DNA from: Bdellovibrionota bacterium
GTDB taxonomy: Bacteria; Bdellovibrionota_C; UBA2361; JAAYZI01
NCBI GenBank assembly: GCA_050950765.1
Contig: JBMNIF010000003.1
Location: 352,001-416,000 of the forward strand
Direction of reading: 5' to 3'
DNA length: 64,000 nt
Of this stretch, positions 1 through 10,858 are shown in pieces; position 1 is the stretch's first letter, and each line of letters begins with the position of its first letter. Position numbers and translations under genes: made by a program. Below the pieces are notes generated by a model. It saw only the letters and a program-made list of their open reading frames with translations, was not told the origin of the DNA and made no database searches.

Positions 1-1887
1 CTCATGTAACGGTGGATCAAGGAACCTGATGGTAGCGGGTCTACCTTCCAACGCTTTAAAGATACCAACGAAATCATCTCTCTGCAGAGGAAGAAGTTCA
101 GCTAAAGCTTTTTTACGCTCTTCAACACTCTCAGCAAGGATCATCTTACGCATAGGAACGATACGATCACCCTCAAAGAACATATGCTCTGTACGGGTAA
201 GTCCGATACCTTCAGCACCGAAACGCACTGCGACTTCAGCATCATGCGGAGTATCAGCATTGGTACGTACACCAAGCTTGCGATACTTATCAGCCAACTC
301 CATGATCGTACCGAAAGGCCCCGTCAGTTGCGGCTCTACTGTATCCAGCGCACCACTATAAATCACACCGGTGCTACCATTTAAGCTAATCCAATCACCT
401 TCTTTCAAAACTTCAGAACCAAAGGTCACTGTTTTTGCGGTGTAATCAATGATGGCCTCACCACACCCTGCAACACAACATTTACCCATACCACGAGCAA
501 CAACAGCCGCATGACTGGTCATGCCGCCACGTCCTGTTAAGATACCTGCTGCAACGTTCATACCGCCGATATCTTCAGGGCTTGTCTCTGTACGGACAAG
601 GATGACTTTTTTACCATCTTCTGCCCATTTCTCAGCATCTTCAGCAGAGAAAACAACCTGTCCTTTAGCAGCACCTGGGCTGGCAGGAAGTCCTTTTCCT
701 AATTCCTTAGCAGTTTTTTCTGCCTTCGGATCAAAGGTTGGGTGTAAAAGTTGGTCGAGTTGTTTCGGATCAACACGCAAGATCGCTTCCTTTTCATCGA
801 TCAAACCTTCTTTCATCAGATCGATAGCAACTTCAACTGCTGCTGCTGCTGTACGCTTTCCGTTTCTAGTTTGAAGGATATAAAGTTTGCCTTGCTCAAT
901 TGTGAACTCAAGATCCTGCATATCTCTATACTGTTTTTCAAGGATGTCACGGATCTTAACCAATTGATCATAGCTGGCCTTATCAACCTTCTCTAATTGA
1001 GAGATCGGCTCCGGCGTACGAATACCTGCTACAACGTCCTCACCCTGAGCATTCATCAGATACTCACCGTAGAATACATTTTCTCCGGTTGACGGATTTC
1101 TAGTAAACGCAACACCAGTTCCACTGTCATCACCCATATTTCCAAAGACCATCAACTGGACATTAACAGCAGTACCTAAGAGACCACGAATATCGTTGAT
1201 CTGACGATATTTAATAGCACGCGGATTATTCCAACTGCTAAAAACGGCATCTCTAGCAGCATCAAGTTGTGCTCGTGCATCTTGAGGGAAGGTTTTTCCA
1301 GCTTTCTCATAAACTTTTTTATAACCGGCAACGACCTCTTTTAATCCATCAATATCTAACTCTGTATCAAGTTTTACACCTCTGCTCTCTTTAACGTCGT
1401 GTAAAACTTTTTCAAAGTCATCGTGCGGAATTGAGAGCACAACATCACCGAACATCTGCATAAAACGGCGATAAGAGTCCCAACCAAAACGCTCGTTATT
1501 AGTGAGTTTAATTAAGGCAGGTAAAGTCTCATCATTTAATCCGAGATTAAGAACCGTATCCATCATACCCGGCATGGAAGCGGCTGCACCTGAACGTACG
1601 GAAACTAACAATGGATTCTGTCCGTGTCCGAAAGTTTTCCCTGTAATCTCTTCAAGCTTCTTAATATTTTCAGTAATCTGAGCATCAAGTTCATCAGGAT
1701 ATTTATGCCCAAGTTTGTAATACAGATCACAAACTTCCGTCGTGATCGTAAAACCTGGAGGAACTGGGAGACCGAGACTTGCCATATCTGCCAAGTTCGC
1801 ACCCTTTCCACCAAGGAGATGTTTCATATCAGCTTTCCCTTCGGATTTATCACCACCGAAGAAATACACGTATTTATTATCAGCCAT
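1..1887 (-). CDS. ppdK: Pyruvate phosphate dikinase (3' part lies outside the window)
   Basis: Minus frame read by hand from ATG at 1887: MADNKYVYFFGG...LLGGKGANLADM...PVPPGFTITT, LVSVRSGAAASMPGMMDTVLNLG, GGMTSHAAVVARG (phospho-His). GGAG RBS upstream. Absent from the ORF track because it runs off the edge. Confidence 0.97.
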   Translation of the reverse strand, partial: MADNKYVYFFGGDKSEGKADMKHLLGGKGANLADMASLGLPVPPGFTITTEVCDLYYKLGHKYPDELDAQITENIKKLEEITGKTFGHGQNPLLVSVRSGAAASMPGMMDTVLNLGLNDETLPALIKLTNNERFGWDSYRRFMQMFGDVVLSIPHDDFEKVLHDVKESRGVKLDTELDIDGLKEVVAGYKKVYEKAGKTFPQDARAQLDAARDAVFSSWNNPRAIKYRQINDIRGLLGTAVNVQLMVFGNMGDDSGTGVAFTRNPSTGENVFYGEYLMNAQGEDVVAGIRTPEPISQLEKVDKASYDQLVKIRDILEKQYRDMQDLEFTIEQGKLYILQTRNGKRTAAAAVEVAIDLMKEGLIDEKEAILRVDPKQLDQLLHPTFDPKAEKTAKELGKGLPASPGAAKGQVVFSAEDAEKWAEDGKKVILVRTETSPEDIGGMNVAAGILTGRGGMTSHAAVVARGMGKCCVAGCGEAIIDYTAKTVTFGSEVLKEGDWISLNGSTGVIYSGALDTVEPQLTGPFGTIMELADKYRKLGVRTNADTPHDAEVAVRFGAEGIGLTRTEHMFFEGDRIVPMRKMILAESVEERKKALAELLPLQRDDFVGIFKALEGRPATIRFLDPPLHE

Positions 1888-2442
1888 GACTGGTCACTCC
1901 TAATCGATTTACAATTTACAATTTGATTTTTTAGCGATGTCTTATCGCTTCGCTGCTCCAACCCTGAGAATTTTCAGAGTCAGAAACGAGAATTTCTGTC
2001 ACGAGAGAGTATGATTAATACCTTTGAAGGCTATCTAACTTGTCGTTCGGAAATGCACGTCTAGTTTATGATTACAAAGGCTTAGGTGTCAATTAAGAGA
2101 AAGGTAGAATCTTCTGCCTAAAATCACTTAAGACGGTGTATCTTTAATTTAAGAACACTTAATTTTAAAATAAAACTCTCGATCTAAGCCCAAATTTATC
2201 GCATTACAAAGATTTTAAACCGTTGCTTTTTTAAAAAGTAGTTTTATAAAAGAGAGGTATCCTCACCAAACACCTCTACACTAGGTGTATTATTTTTTTT
2301 AGAAAATTGAAGGAAAGCATTAGATTAAAAGTTAAACAGGGTTTTAAAAGCCCAGAAAATACTCACTTATTAAATTGCATCTCCGTTTTTTGCACTATAA
2401 ACACTCCGAATAAGTTCACTATAAAAACTACTTTTCACCATC

Positions 2443-2689
2443 CTTTACCTCCGACCTTAAATTTATAGCTCTGCTTACAGTTAGATCTTAGAGAAAAACA
2501 AAAATCTATTTACTAACTTCTTTTACCGCCAACCTTAAATTTATAGCTCTGCTTACAGTTAGATCTTAGAAGAAAACAAAAATCTATTTACTAACGTTCT
2601 TTTACCTCCAACCTTAAATTTATAGCTCTGCTCACAGTTAGATCTTAGAAAAAAATAAAAACTAATTTTTAATTTCTTTTACCGCCAAC
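2443..2689. repeat. About 3 copies of a 78-79 bp tandem repeat derived from the rlmN 3' end
   Basis: ACCTTAAATTTATAGCTCTGC recurs at 2454, 2532 and 2611; the unit includes copies of the last rlmN codons. Confidence 0.9.
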
Positions 2690-3735
2690 TGTCCGCAAGC
2701 AGCATCGATATCTGCACCACGTGACCATCTGATGGTTGTATCAATGCCTGCCTTTACCAGTCTTTCCAACCAAGTAATAACACGTTCTCTAGGTGGAGTA
2801 CGAAAATCGAGTCCATCATTTTCATTATACGGAATAAGATTCACCTTCGCTTTTAAGCCGTGCAACAACTTCGGCAACCTCTTAATATCGCCCTCCGTAT
2901 CATTTATGCCAGCGAGTAGAACATAACTGATAGTCAATGTTTTACGGTGTTTTAACGGTATTTCATGTAAGGCGGCGATTAGATCCGCCAGCGGATACCG
3001 TTTATTGATCGGCATAAGTTTAGATCGCACGGCATCAGTTGTAGCACTAAGAGAGATCGCCAAGTTTACTCCGAGATCTGCCTGTACGAATTTTTTAATC
3101 CCTGGCACAAAACCACAAGTTGAGATCGTAATCTTTCGCACCCCGATACCGATTCCAGCATCATCATTTAAGATCTTTACAGCCGAAGCAACAGCCTCAA
3201 AATTATGTAACGGCTCCCCCATCCCCATAAAAACGATATTATTAAAAGGTGCATTCGTGCCCGAAATATTTTGCCCTTGAAAATCATCCAATACCGTTAC
3301 AACTTGCCTGATGATATCACCTGCTGAAAGATTCTTAACTAACCCCATCGTAGCAGTTCTACAAAAAGTGCACCCCATAGCACAACCGTATTGAGAAGAT
3401 ACACAAAGGGTAATCCGTTCAGGTTGTTTAATAAAAACCGATTCCACAAAAACATTCGGGCTAACTTCAAGTAAGTATTTACAACTACCATCTTTACTGA
3501 AGGTTCTCTCTTTTATTTCAGCATGGCGACACTCTAGAAGATCAGAGAGTTTTGGTCTTAAATCTTTTGTAATATTCGTCATTAAATTAAAATCAGTAAC
3601 TCGTTTGCGATAAACCCACTCAAAAAGTTGCGTCGATCGATAAGCGCTTGCTTCAAAACGCTCCTTTAAGAGGTGTGCTAGATCCTCTTTTGTTAAACTA
3701 TAAAAATCGACCTTCTCAGCCACTTCATCCATCAC
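2662..3735 (-). CDS. rlmN: 23S rRNA/tRNA m2A methyltransferase RlmN (radical SAM)
   Basis: CVSSQYGCAMGCTFC, VFMGMGEP, KVNLIPYN, DIDAACGQL. Confidence 0.96.
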   Translation of the reverse strand: MMDEVAEKVDFYSLTKEDLAHLLKERFEASAYRSTQLFEWVYRKRVTDFNLMTNITKDLRPKLSDLLECRHAEIKERTFSKDGSCKYLLEVSPNVFVESVFIKQPERITLCVSSQYGCAMGCTFCRTATMGLVKNLSAGDIIRQVVTVLDDFQGQNISGTNAPFNNIVFMGMGEPLHNFEAVASAVKILNDDAGIGIGVRKITISTCGFVPGIKKFVQADLGVNLAISLSATTDAVRSKLMPINKRYPLADLIAALHEIPLKHRKTLTISYVLLAGINDTEGDIKRLPKLLHGLKAKVNLIPYNENDGLDFRTPPRERVITWLERLVKAGIDTTIRWSRGADIDAACGQLAVKEIKN

Positions 3736-3825
3736 AGCTACTCACTAAAACTTCGAGGCACGCCTCGCCCTCCCTCACGCCTCACAGATTGATCTTATTT
3801 AATACTGAAAAAAGTCTCTAAAAGA

Positions 3826-4323
3826 CTAACTAATCCCAAACTTTTTCATAACAGCTTTTTCAATCACTCTCGGAACGATCTTTGTAATATCTCCTCCAAG
3901 TGGTGCAATCTGCCGCACAAGTGTAGAATTAATATATGAGTACTCTTCACGTGCCATTAAGAAAACAGTCTCAATTCCATCTCCGAGATGTCTATTCATT
4001 AACGCCATCTGTGCTTCATAATCGAAATCACTAATGGCACGCAGCCCACGGATAATCACTTGCGCTTTACTTTGTCTGACAAAGTTCACAAGCAACCCTG
4101 AAAACGGTTCTACCTGCACCTTACCACCGTAAGTAGAGAAGTGCTCCCTAATCATCTCTAAACGTTCTTCCAATGAAAAAAGCTCATTCGACTTCTGTGT
4201 TTGTGCTACGATAGCAACTATTACTCTATCAAAAATAGATAACGCCCTCTCCACTAAATCAACGTGTCCATTAGTGAGAGGATCAAAGGAACCAGGGAAT
4301 ACTGCTAATTTTTCTTGTGTCAT
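3826..4323 (-). CDS. coaD: Phosphopantetheine adenylyltransferase
   Basis: FPGSFDPLTNGH, IIRGLRAISDFDYE; likely start MTQEK at 4323. Confidence 0.96.
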   Translation of the reverse strand: MTQEKLAVFPGSFDPLTNGHVDLVERALSIFDRVIVAIVAQTQKSNELFSLEERLEMIREHFSTYGGKVQVEPFSGLLVNFVRQSKAQVIIRGLRAISDFDYEAQMALMNRHLGDGIETVFLMAREEYSYINSTLVRQIAPLGGDITKIVPRVIEKAVMKKFGIS

Positions 4324-4343
4324 AGGAAGCGCTTTTATCACAA

Positions 4344-5330
4344 TTAAAAAAGATATACACCCTCAAGATCGCCCCTTAACGGCTGGTACTCTATCTTTTG
4401 GATTATTTCAGCAGCGAAAGCCCCAAGCAGAAGTTGGCGTGCTTCTTCCTGCGGGATCCCCCTGCTTCGCAGATAAAAAAGAGCGTTTTCATCAAGTTGC
4501 CCCACGGTAGCACCGTGCGCACACTTTACATCATCGGCATAGATCTTAAGTTGCGGAGTAGCGTTACTAACAGCATCTGCCGAAAGCAATATACTCTTCG
4601 TTGTTTGCACGGCATCTGTCTTTTGAGCGTCAGGTGCTACATAAATCACACCATCAAAGTTTCCTTTAGATCTATCACTATATATCCCTTTATATAATTC
4701 GTAAGAGCTGCAATCTCCTACTAGATGATTAACCTCAGTTTGATTAGAGATCTCGCGTGCACCATCAGCAACACACAAGCCGTATAACTCAGAACGTGCA
4801 CCTTCACCGTTAAGCTGCATCGTAACTTTATTATTCGCATACGCCGCACCTAACACTAAAGAGATAGAGCTGACGGTCGCACCTCTCTTTAAATTTACAA
4901 AAAGGTCAGACTCATGCGTCGCCGTTTGGCTATCACGTTGTAAGCGCGCATGCCACAAAGTGGCAGCTTCATCTGCCATTATAAAGATTTTAGGACGAAC
5001 GAGATACGTCCCCTCTCCGAGATATTGTTCAAGTAGCGCCACCTGTTCACTCCCTTCTAGATCAAGATACAGGACGGGATCTACCACCTGAGAATCTTCC
5101 GTGTAAAAAAGCACGGTAAGGGGCGTAACAATTTTTTTAGCGGAAGTAATTTTTAACACAGTTCCAAGACGGTCTTGAAAGCCAACAACGAAGGCACCTT
5201 CTTCCAAGCTCACCCCTTCCTGTAACGCTCTGCAGAGGTCTCGTCTTAATTCGCCGTTAATGAAACATAGCGTGGGGAGATCTCCATCTATCATCATCTT
5301 TGCGACATCTGAAGGAGTAAGGTTATTCAT
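4344..5330 (-). CDS. sufD: Fe-S cluster assembly protein SufD (short N-terminus)
   Basis: PQLKIYADDVKCAHGATVGQLDENALFYLRSRGI; follows sufC. Confidence 0.93.
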   Translation of the reverse strand: MNNLTPSDVAKMMIDGDLPTLCFINGELRRDLCRALQEGVSLEEGAFVVGFQDRLGTVLKITSAKKIVTPLTVLFYTEDSQVVDPVLYLDLEGSEQVALLEQYLGEGTYLVRPKIFIMADEAATLWHARLQRDSQTATHESDLFVNLKRGATVSSISLVLGAAYANNKVTMQLNGEGARSELYGLCVADGAREISNQTEVNHLVGDCSSYELYKGIYSDRSKGNFDGVIYVAPDAQKTDAVQTTKSILLSADAVSNATPQLKIYADDVKCAHGATVGQLDENALFYLRSRGIPQEEARQLLLGAFAAEIIQKIEYQPLRGDLEGVYLF

Positions 5331-6102
5331 TGTTATTCCCACCCGTAGCCGACTCTTTTCTCAACCAGTTATAACCACGCTCTTCCAACTCCAAAGAGAG
5401 GTCTTTCCCTCCAGACTTCACGATTCGCCCATCAAGCATAACGTGCACAAAATCAGGAACTATATAATCAAGTAATCTTTGATAGTGCGTAATCAACAAG
5501 AAAGATCTTTGCGGATCCTCTGCCTTTAAACGATTCACTCCATTAGCTACAACTTGTAAAGCATCGATATCCAAACCGGAATCAATCTCATCCAAGATTG
5601 AGAGTTGCGGCGCTAAAACTGCCATCTGAAAAACTTCATTGCGTTTTTTTTCTCCACCCGAAAACCCCTCATTGACCGAACGCTTTAGCATCCTATCATC
5701 CAAATCAAGGTACTCTAATTTCTCTCTTATTAACTCATTAAAATCTCGTACCGAAGCGGGCTCTCTACCTTGCGCTTTTCTAATGGAGTTGTACGCCGTA
5801 CGTAAAAAATATGTCTGCAACACACCTGGGATCTCAACAGGGTATTGAAACGCTAAAAACAACCCCGCCGCCGCCCGAGCTTCCGGTGTCATAGAGAGTA
5901 GATCCACACCATTAAAAAGCACACTTCCCGCCGTTACTTGATAACCATCACGTCCTGCCAAGATATTTGCTAAAGTGCTTTTTCCAGATCCGTTCACTCC
6001 CATAATGGCGTGCACCTCTCCTGAGTTTATCTTAAGGTTAAACCCTTTTAAGATCTCTCTCCCCTCGATTCCGCCATGCAGATCTCTTATCTCCAACATC
6101 AT
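5323..6102 (-). CDS. sufC: Fe-S cluster assembly ATPase SufC
   Basis: [45 protein letters not shown]. Confidence 0.97.
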   Translation of the reverse strand: MMLEIRDLHGGIEGREILKGFNLKINSGEVHAIMGVNGSGKSTLANILAGRDGYQVTAGSVLFNGVDLLSMTPEARAAAGLFLAFQYPVEIPGVLQTYFLRTAYNSIRKAQGREPASVRDFNELIREKLEYLDLDDRMLKRSVNEGFSGGEKKRNEVFQMAVLAPQLSILDEIDSGLDIDALQVVANGVNRLKAEDPQRSFLLITHYQRLLDYIVPDFVHVMLDGRIVKSGGKDLSLELEERGYNWLRKESATGGNNNE

Positions 6103-7541
6103 CCTACACTCCCCTCCAAGCTGACCTGTAATAACTGTTTAGCTTCCACAGCAAACTCTAACGGTAATTCCTTAAAAACATCTAAACAGAATCCACTTAC
6201 AATCATCGACACAGCATCTTCCGTTGAAATGCCACGTTGATTACAATAAAAAATCTGATCTTCCCCTATTTTAGAGGTAGTCGCCTCATGCTCAACTAAC
6301 GCTGAAGGGTTGGCGACTTCTTGACACGGAAAGGTATGCGCACCGCACTTATCTCCTATCAACATCGAGTCACATTGCGAATAATTTCTAGCGCCATCAG
6401 ATCCCTTAGCAACCTTAACCAAGCCACGATAAGAGTTCTGACCGTGTCCTGCTGAGATACCTTTTGAGATAATAGTACTACGTGTGTTTTTCCCAAGGTG
6501 AATCATCTTAGTACCGGTATCCGCTTGCTGGTAGTTATTCGTCATAGCAACAGAGTAGAACTCACCGACAGAGTTATCCCCCTTTAATACGCAGCTAGGA
6601 TATTTCCAAGTGATCGAAGAACCTGTTTCAACTTGAGTCCATGAGATCTTTGAATTCCTCCCCTCACACAGACCGCGCTTAGTTACAAAATTATAGATCC
6701 CTCCATCCCCGTTTTTATCTCCTGGATACCAATTTTGAATTGTCGAATATTTAATCTCAGCATCATCCAGTGCAACCAGCTCCACCACTGCGGCGTGTAG
6801 TTGGTTTTCATCACGCATCGGCGCAGTACAACCTTCCAGATATGAAACATAACTACCTTTATCTGCGACTATTAAAGTTCTCTCAAATTGCCCCGTATTT
6901 TGGGCATTTATTCTAAAGTATGTAGAAAGCTCTATCGGACACCGAACCCCTTGCGGAATATAAACAAAGGTACCATCTGTAAAAACTGCTGAATTAAGCG
7001 CTGAAAAAAAGTTGTCCGTAGTTGGCACGACAGACCCTAAATACTTTTTAATCAGATCTGGATGTTCTTGAACCGCCTCACTGATCGGACAAAAGATAAT
7101 CCCGTGTTTTGTCAGTTCATCTTTATAAGTCGTCGCTATGGAAACGCTATCAAAGACAGCATCAACCGCCACACCAGCCAGCTGCTTCTGCTCTGAAAGA
7201 GGAATGCCTAACTTTTCATACGTTTTAAGAAGTTCCGGATCGACCTCATCCAAACTGCTTAACGTTTTCTTTTTTGGAGCGGAATAATAAACGATCGCTT
7301 GATAATCAATCGGGGGATATGTGAAGAATCCCCAGTGCGGTTCCTTCATCTTAAGCCAATATTGATACGCCTTAAGCCGCCACTCCAACATATATTTCGG
7401 CTCTTCTTTTTTACCTGAAATAATTCGGATGACATCTTCATTTATACCAGCAGCTATAGAGTCCGCCTCGATCTCCGTATAGAAACCGTACTTGTATTCC
7501 TGTCTCGCTAATTGTTTAATTTTATCGTTATTTTCCGACAT
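6099..7541 (-). CDS. sufB: Fe-S cluster assembly protein SufB
   Basis: [42 protein letters not shown]; likely start MSENN at 7541. Confidence 0.97.
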   Translation of the reverse strand: MSENNDKIKQLARQEYKYGFYTEIEADSIAAGINEDVIRIISGKKEEPKYMLEWRLKAYQYWLKMKEPHWGFFTYPPIDYQAIVYYSAPKKKTLSSLDEVDPELLKTYEKLGIPLSEQKQLAGVAVDAVFDSVSIATTYKDELTKHGIIFCPISEAVQEHPDLIKKYLGSVVPTTDNFFSALNSAVFTDGTFVYIPQGVRCPIELSTYFRINAQNTGQFERTLIVADKGSYVSYLEGCTAPMRDENQLHAAVVELVALDDAEIKYSTIQNWYPGDKNGDGGIYNFVTKRGLCEGRNSKISWTQVETGSSITWKYPSCVLKGDNSVGEFYSVAMTNNYQQADTGTKMIHLGKNTRSTIISKGISAGHGQNSYRGLVKVAKGSDGARNYSQCDSMLIGDKCGAHTFPCQEVANPSALVEHEATTSKIGEDQIFYCNQRGISTEDAVSMIVSGFCLDVFKELPLEFAVEAKQLLQVSLEGSVG

Positions 7542-7793
7542 TGCTAATTTTTCCAAAACGAGATTTATGACGATAATGACGACATAGCTGCTGCTTGGGC
7601 TCACACACACAACTTTCGGGCGTAACTCATTTTTCCCCTCTACGGGTTCTAACTCTACAAAAAAGACGTTTGAATATCCAGATCAGGCACCCCAAGCAGG
7701 GTAAGCAGTTCTAAAAAACACCGTATGATCTTGACATTAAAGGGTTAAAAGATGATCCTCAAAAAGGTTTTTTTTAAAAAAACTACAAGCGAT

Positions 7794-7870
7794 GCCCTCG
7801 TAGCTCAGTTGGATAGAGCACAGGTTTCCTAAACCTGGGGTCGTAGGTTCAAGCCCTGCCGGGGGTGCCA
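7794..7870 (+). tRNA. tRNA-Arg (anticodon CCT)
   Basis: 77-nt cloverleaf: GCCCTCG acceptor stem, D-arm TAGCTCAGTTGGATAGAGC, anticodon arm CAGGT-TTCCTAA-ACCTG, GGTTCAAG T-loop, encoded CCA. Confidence 0.96.
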
Positions 7871-7948
7871 TCGTTTCTCCCCTCTCAAAAGCTCTTAAAT
7901 AGTGTCCTTAACTAACGATAAAAACGGTTAATGTTGTCCGTTTACTCA

Positions 7949-8908
7949 CTATACTGTGTTTTGGGGTTTACCTGCCAAGTATGCTTTGATGTTATCCAAC
8001 GTCCAATCTCTGTTACGCTTTTGTGCCTCTTTAGTCCACCATCCGAAGTCAGGTGTTAAATAGACGTTATCCATATTCCTAAATTTATCTCGCCACTCTT
8101 GATTTTGTAGTTCGTCAAACCAAACAAATAGATCTGACGTTGCGCAGCGCTTGTATAATGCTGCCAAGTCAAAGATCTCCGGACGTGAAGGATTTAAAAG
8201 AATAGTACTCGACTTTAGTTGTTGCACACGTTCAGAAGTTAGCATGGCTCTCGTCTCCTCTGTAAGAGGGCAATGAAAAGAGATGACGTGACTTCTCTCT
8301 AATAGCTCTGAGAACTGTACAAAAGATATCCCTAGACTTTCCTGATCACGTCGTCTAGTGCGGGAGTAATACAGAACCTCCATTCCAAATGCTTGGGCAA
8401 GGTGTGCAACTTTAGATCCTATCGCACCGAGACCAACGATTCCTAATGTCTTACCGAAAAGCTCGGAGCCTAGAAAAGGTTCAAACCCCCAATTCCCTGC
8501 ACGAACATAATTGAGCGCTTCTGGAATACGACGCATAATGCAGATTAAGGCTCCAATGGTTAATTCTGCCACAGATTGAGTCGAATACGCCGGAACGTGA
8601 GTTAGTGTAATATTTTTAGCCTTTAGCTCATTTAAATTTAAGTCAGATACATCCGTGTGAGTTAGACCGATATAACGGAGTAAAGTTTCATTAAAGAAAC
8701 CTTGGGGGTAGTGTTCAAAGACTCTAGAGATAAAAGCGTCGGCACCGATCAGATCCGTTTTTTTAATTCCGTTTTGGAACTCCCCTTCAGCTAAGATAAT
8801 TTCAACTTCAGTAGCAAAAGAGTCCAAACTTTTTATAAAAGTAGCGTCAAGCGGATCTCGCCTAAAGTCATAGAGTACCAATTTTTTAAACTTATTTAAG
8901 ATCATCAA
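7949..8908 (-). CDS. D-isomer-specific 2-hydroxyacid dehydrogenase family protein (catalytic His replaced)
   Basis: VPAYSTQSVAE, GKTLGIVGLGAIG Rossmann motif, FHCPLTEET; LTPD where the family has LTPH. Confidence 0.88.
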   Translation of the reverse strand: MMILNKFKKLVLYDFRRDPLDATFIKSLDSFATEVEIILAEGEFQNGIKKTDLIGADAFISRVFEHYPQGFFNETLLRYIGLTHTDVSDLNLNELKAKNITLTHVPAYSTQSVAELTIGALICIMRRIPEALNYVRAGNWGFEPFLGSELFGKTLGIVGLGAIGSKVAHLAQAFGMEVLYYSRTRRRDQESLGISFVQFSELLERSHVISFHCPLTEETRAMLTSERVQQLKSSTILLNPSRPEIFDLAALYKRCATSDLFVWFDELQNQEWRDKFRNMDNVYLTPDFGWWTKEAQKRNRDWTLDNIKAYLAGKPQNTV

Positions 8909-9235
8909 TTACAACACTAATTCAGGCTTACCCATAAGTTGTTTAAAACAGGAAAAACATCTTACCCCATTTAAACGCGACAACTGAGGTATGATTAGCA
9001 GAAATGCGTGGCAGTGTATACTACACACTTTAATTCCCCACTACTTAAACTCCTCCGTTATTGAGGATCTCTTATAAGTAACAAGCAAGATCATTCAGAT
9101 GGGTAGAGAAGAATCTCAATTTATGGGCAGTGTCAGATATAGAGGTAAAAGCCTCATCTTCAATATTGAGTTTCCAGCACAGACCTTTACACCCCATACT
9201 AAAGAGATATTATCAAATGTAAAAAAACATCCTAT

Positions 9236-10249
9236 TTAAACAGAACAACTTAAGTTTAATTCCGTTTTAGGTTCGAACTCTTTGCCGAAAGCTTTTTTAT
9301 ATGAGGATTTTAACTCAGGGGAAAGGTCTTTTATATTACCAGCAATAAGATCTGCCATCGCTAAGTCTTTTTCCTGCACAGCCATATCAAAGCATCTAAT
9401 TAGTATCACTCGTATCTCATCTTGAGGCTTTTTTGATATTAGAAACTCCATCATCTCTAAATTCTTATTATTAACTGCATTCAAAAAGACCTCTCCATTA
9501 TCAACAGTGACACTTGCCCCTGCTTTCACTAGGCTTTTAGTGACCTCAAGATAATTTTCTTTAGTCGCACACTTTAAAGCTTCACAGTAATTAGAGTTAA
9601 CATAAGCTTTTTTTGATATTAAATAATCAACCACCTTTACCCTATTATTCTTTGAAGCTAAAATTAACGGCGCTGAGGAATCTATGTTAACTTGTGCTCC
9701 AAAATTTTCAACTGCACTCTTTACTATATCTAAATATCCTTCTCTTGATGCGATCTTCAGGGCACGATTTAGCGCACCTTTTGATACACCAAGACCTGCA
9801 ACGTAATTAAATCCATCTACAAACCCATCTTCTGCCCAAGCAAGTAATGCCTTATCATGATTTTCCAGTATCTTCGAATTTTTTCTTTCTGATTCTGGAT
9901 CAAGGAACCTATTTAAAGCTTCATCAACAAACCCTTCTGGTTCTGGTTCAACGTATGTGGCATATTTAGGGGGAATGCCTGCTTTTATCTTGTCTCCAAG
10001 TCCTAAATCACCGTATCCAGTATCCTCTGGGGAAGAACCCTCTTTTATCCTCCCTTCAAGATTTCTTTGTTTTTCTGGAACAGATTTATTATCTAAGTCT
10101 AACGGTGCATTAAGAGGCACTTTAGATCCTAAGTTTCCTTGAAGCGCGGCGGCTTTGTTATCTGGACTAAACGATGTATCAAGAGGATTCTCGTTAATAT
10201 CTTCTCCAAGACCTGTATTTGTGGACTCTTGAACTGCACATGTACTCAT
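9236..10249 (-). CDS. Ankyrin-repeat protein with low-complexity N-terminus
   Basis: ALKIASREGYLDIVK, PLILASKNNRVKVVDYLI, ALKCATKENYLEVTKSLVKAGA, FLNAVNNKNLEMMEFLI. Confidence 0.85.
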   Translation of the reverse strand: MSTCAVQESTNTGLGEDINENPLDTSFSPDNKAAALQGNLGSKVPLNAPLDLDNKSVPEKQRNLEGRIKEGSSPEDTGYGDLGLGDKIKAGIPPKYATYVEPEPEGFVDEALNRFLDPESERKNSKILENHDKALLAWAEDGFVDGFNYVAGLGVSKGALNRALKIASREGYLDIVKSAVENFGAQVNIDSSAPLILASKNNRVKVVDYLISKKAYVNSNYCEALKCATKENYLEVTKSLVKAGASVTVDNGEVFLNAVNNKNLEMMEFLISKKPQDEIRVILIRCFDMAVQEKDLAMADLIAGNIKDLSPELKSSYKKAFGKEFEPKTELNLSCSV

Positions 10250-10858
10250 AATAGATCTCCTTTATGATAAAATATGCAATTAAGACTTGATTCAAAGGTG
10301 GCATTATAGCACTTTTTTAAAAAAACGGTGAAACTTTTTTTAATATTTATCAAAAATAATTAAGAATCTCTTTTATTCAAGTTTATCCTAAGTATTTTTC
10401 ACTTGTAAGAGAGCTCTAAAAGCTACTTTTTAGTAGTATTTTAGCGCTATGCGCAGCGAAAAAATGCTTCCTTTTTAGCTATAAGGTGCTTCCAGAGGTT
10501 ATTTTAGGCATTAGCGCAGTAGCCCCCTCCTAAGGAGACCTCTTTAGGTTGCTAATTTTTAAGTGCAAGCCGTAAAAAAAATCTAAAGATACCCTTATCG
10601 TGAAAGGATGAGGGGAATAGTTAGGAATCAAGATAAGTACAACCGTGTTCATGCGAACTTTTATTAGCAAGCGCTACTCTTATATCCCAATCTTTAAACA
10701 TTATAATAGGTAGATTTTAACTCCTCATTATACATCAACCACCTTATGATGTTCAGTAAATTTAAGTGCTCGTTTAGCGGTTTTAAATTTGACTTAATTA
10801 AGCGCGGATAGCACTATCTCGGAGCTAAGCATTAGGTAATAATAATTACATTTATCAA

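Noticed and set aside
29..1926. Small ORFs in the first 2 kb
   Set aside because: Shadow frames of ppdK; the same applies to most short antisense ORFs in the track.
9236..9250. CaaX prenylation motif on the ankyrin protein
   Set aside because: It ends SCSV, so Cys is third from the end rather than fourth.
10440..10620. Riboswitch between the ankyrin and GT2 genes
   Set aside because: A few short hairpins only; no recognisable aptamer core on either strand.
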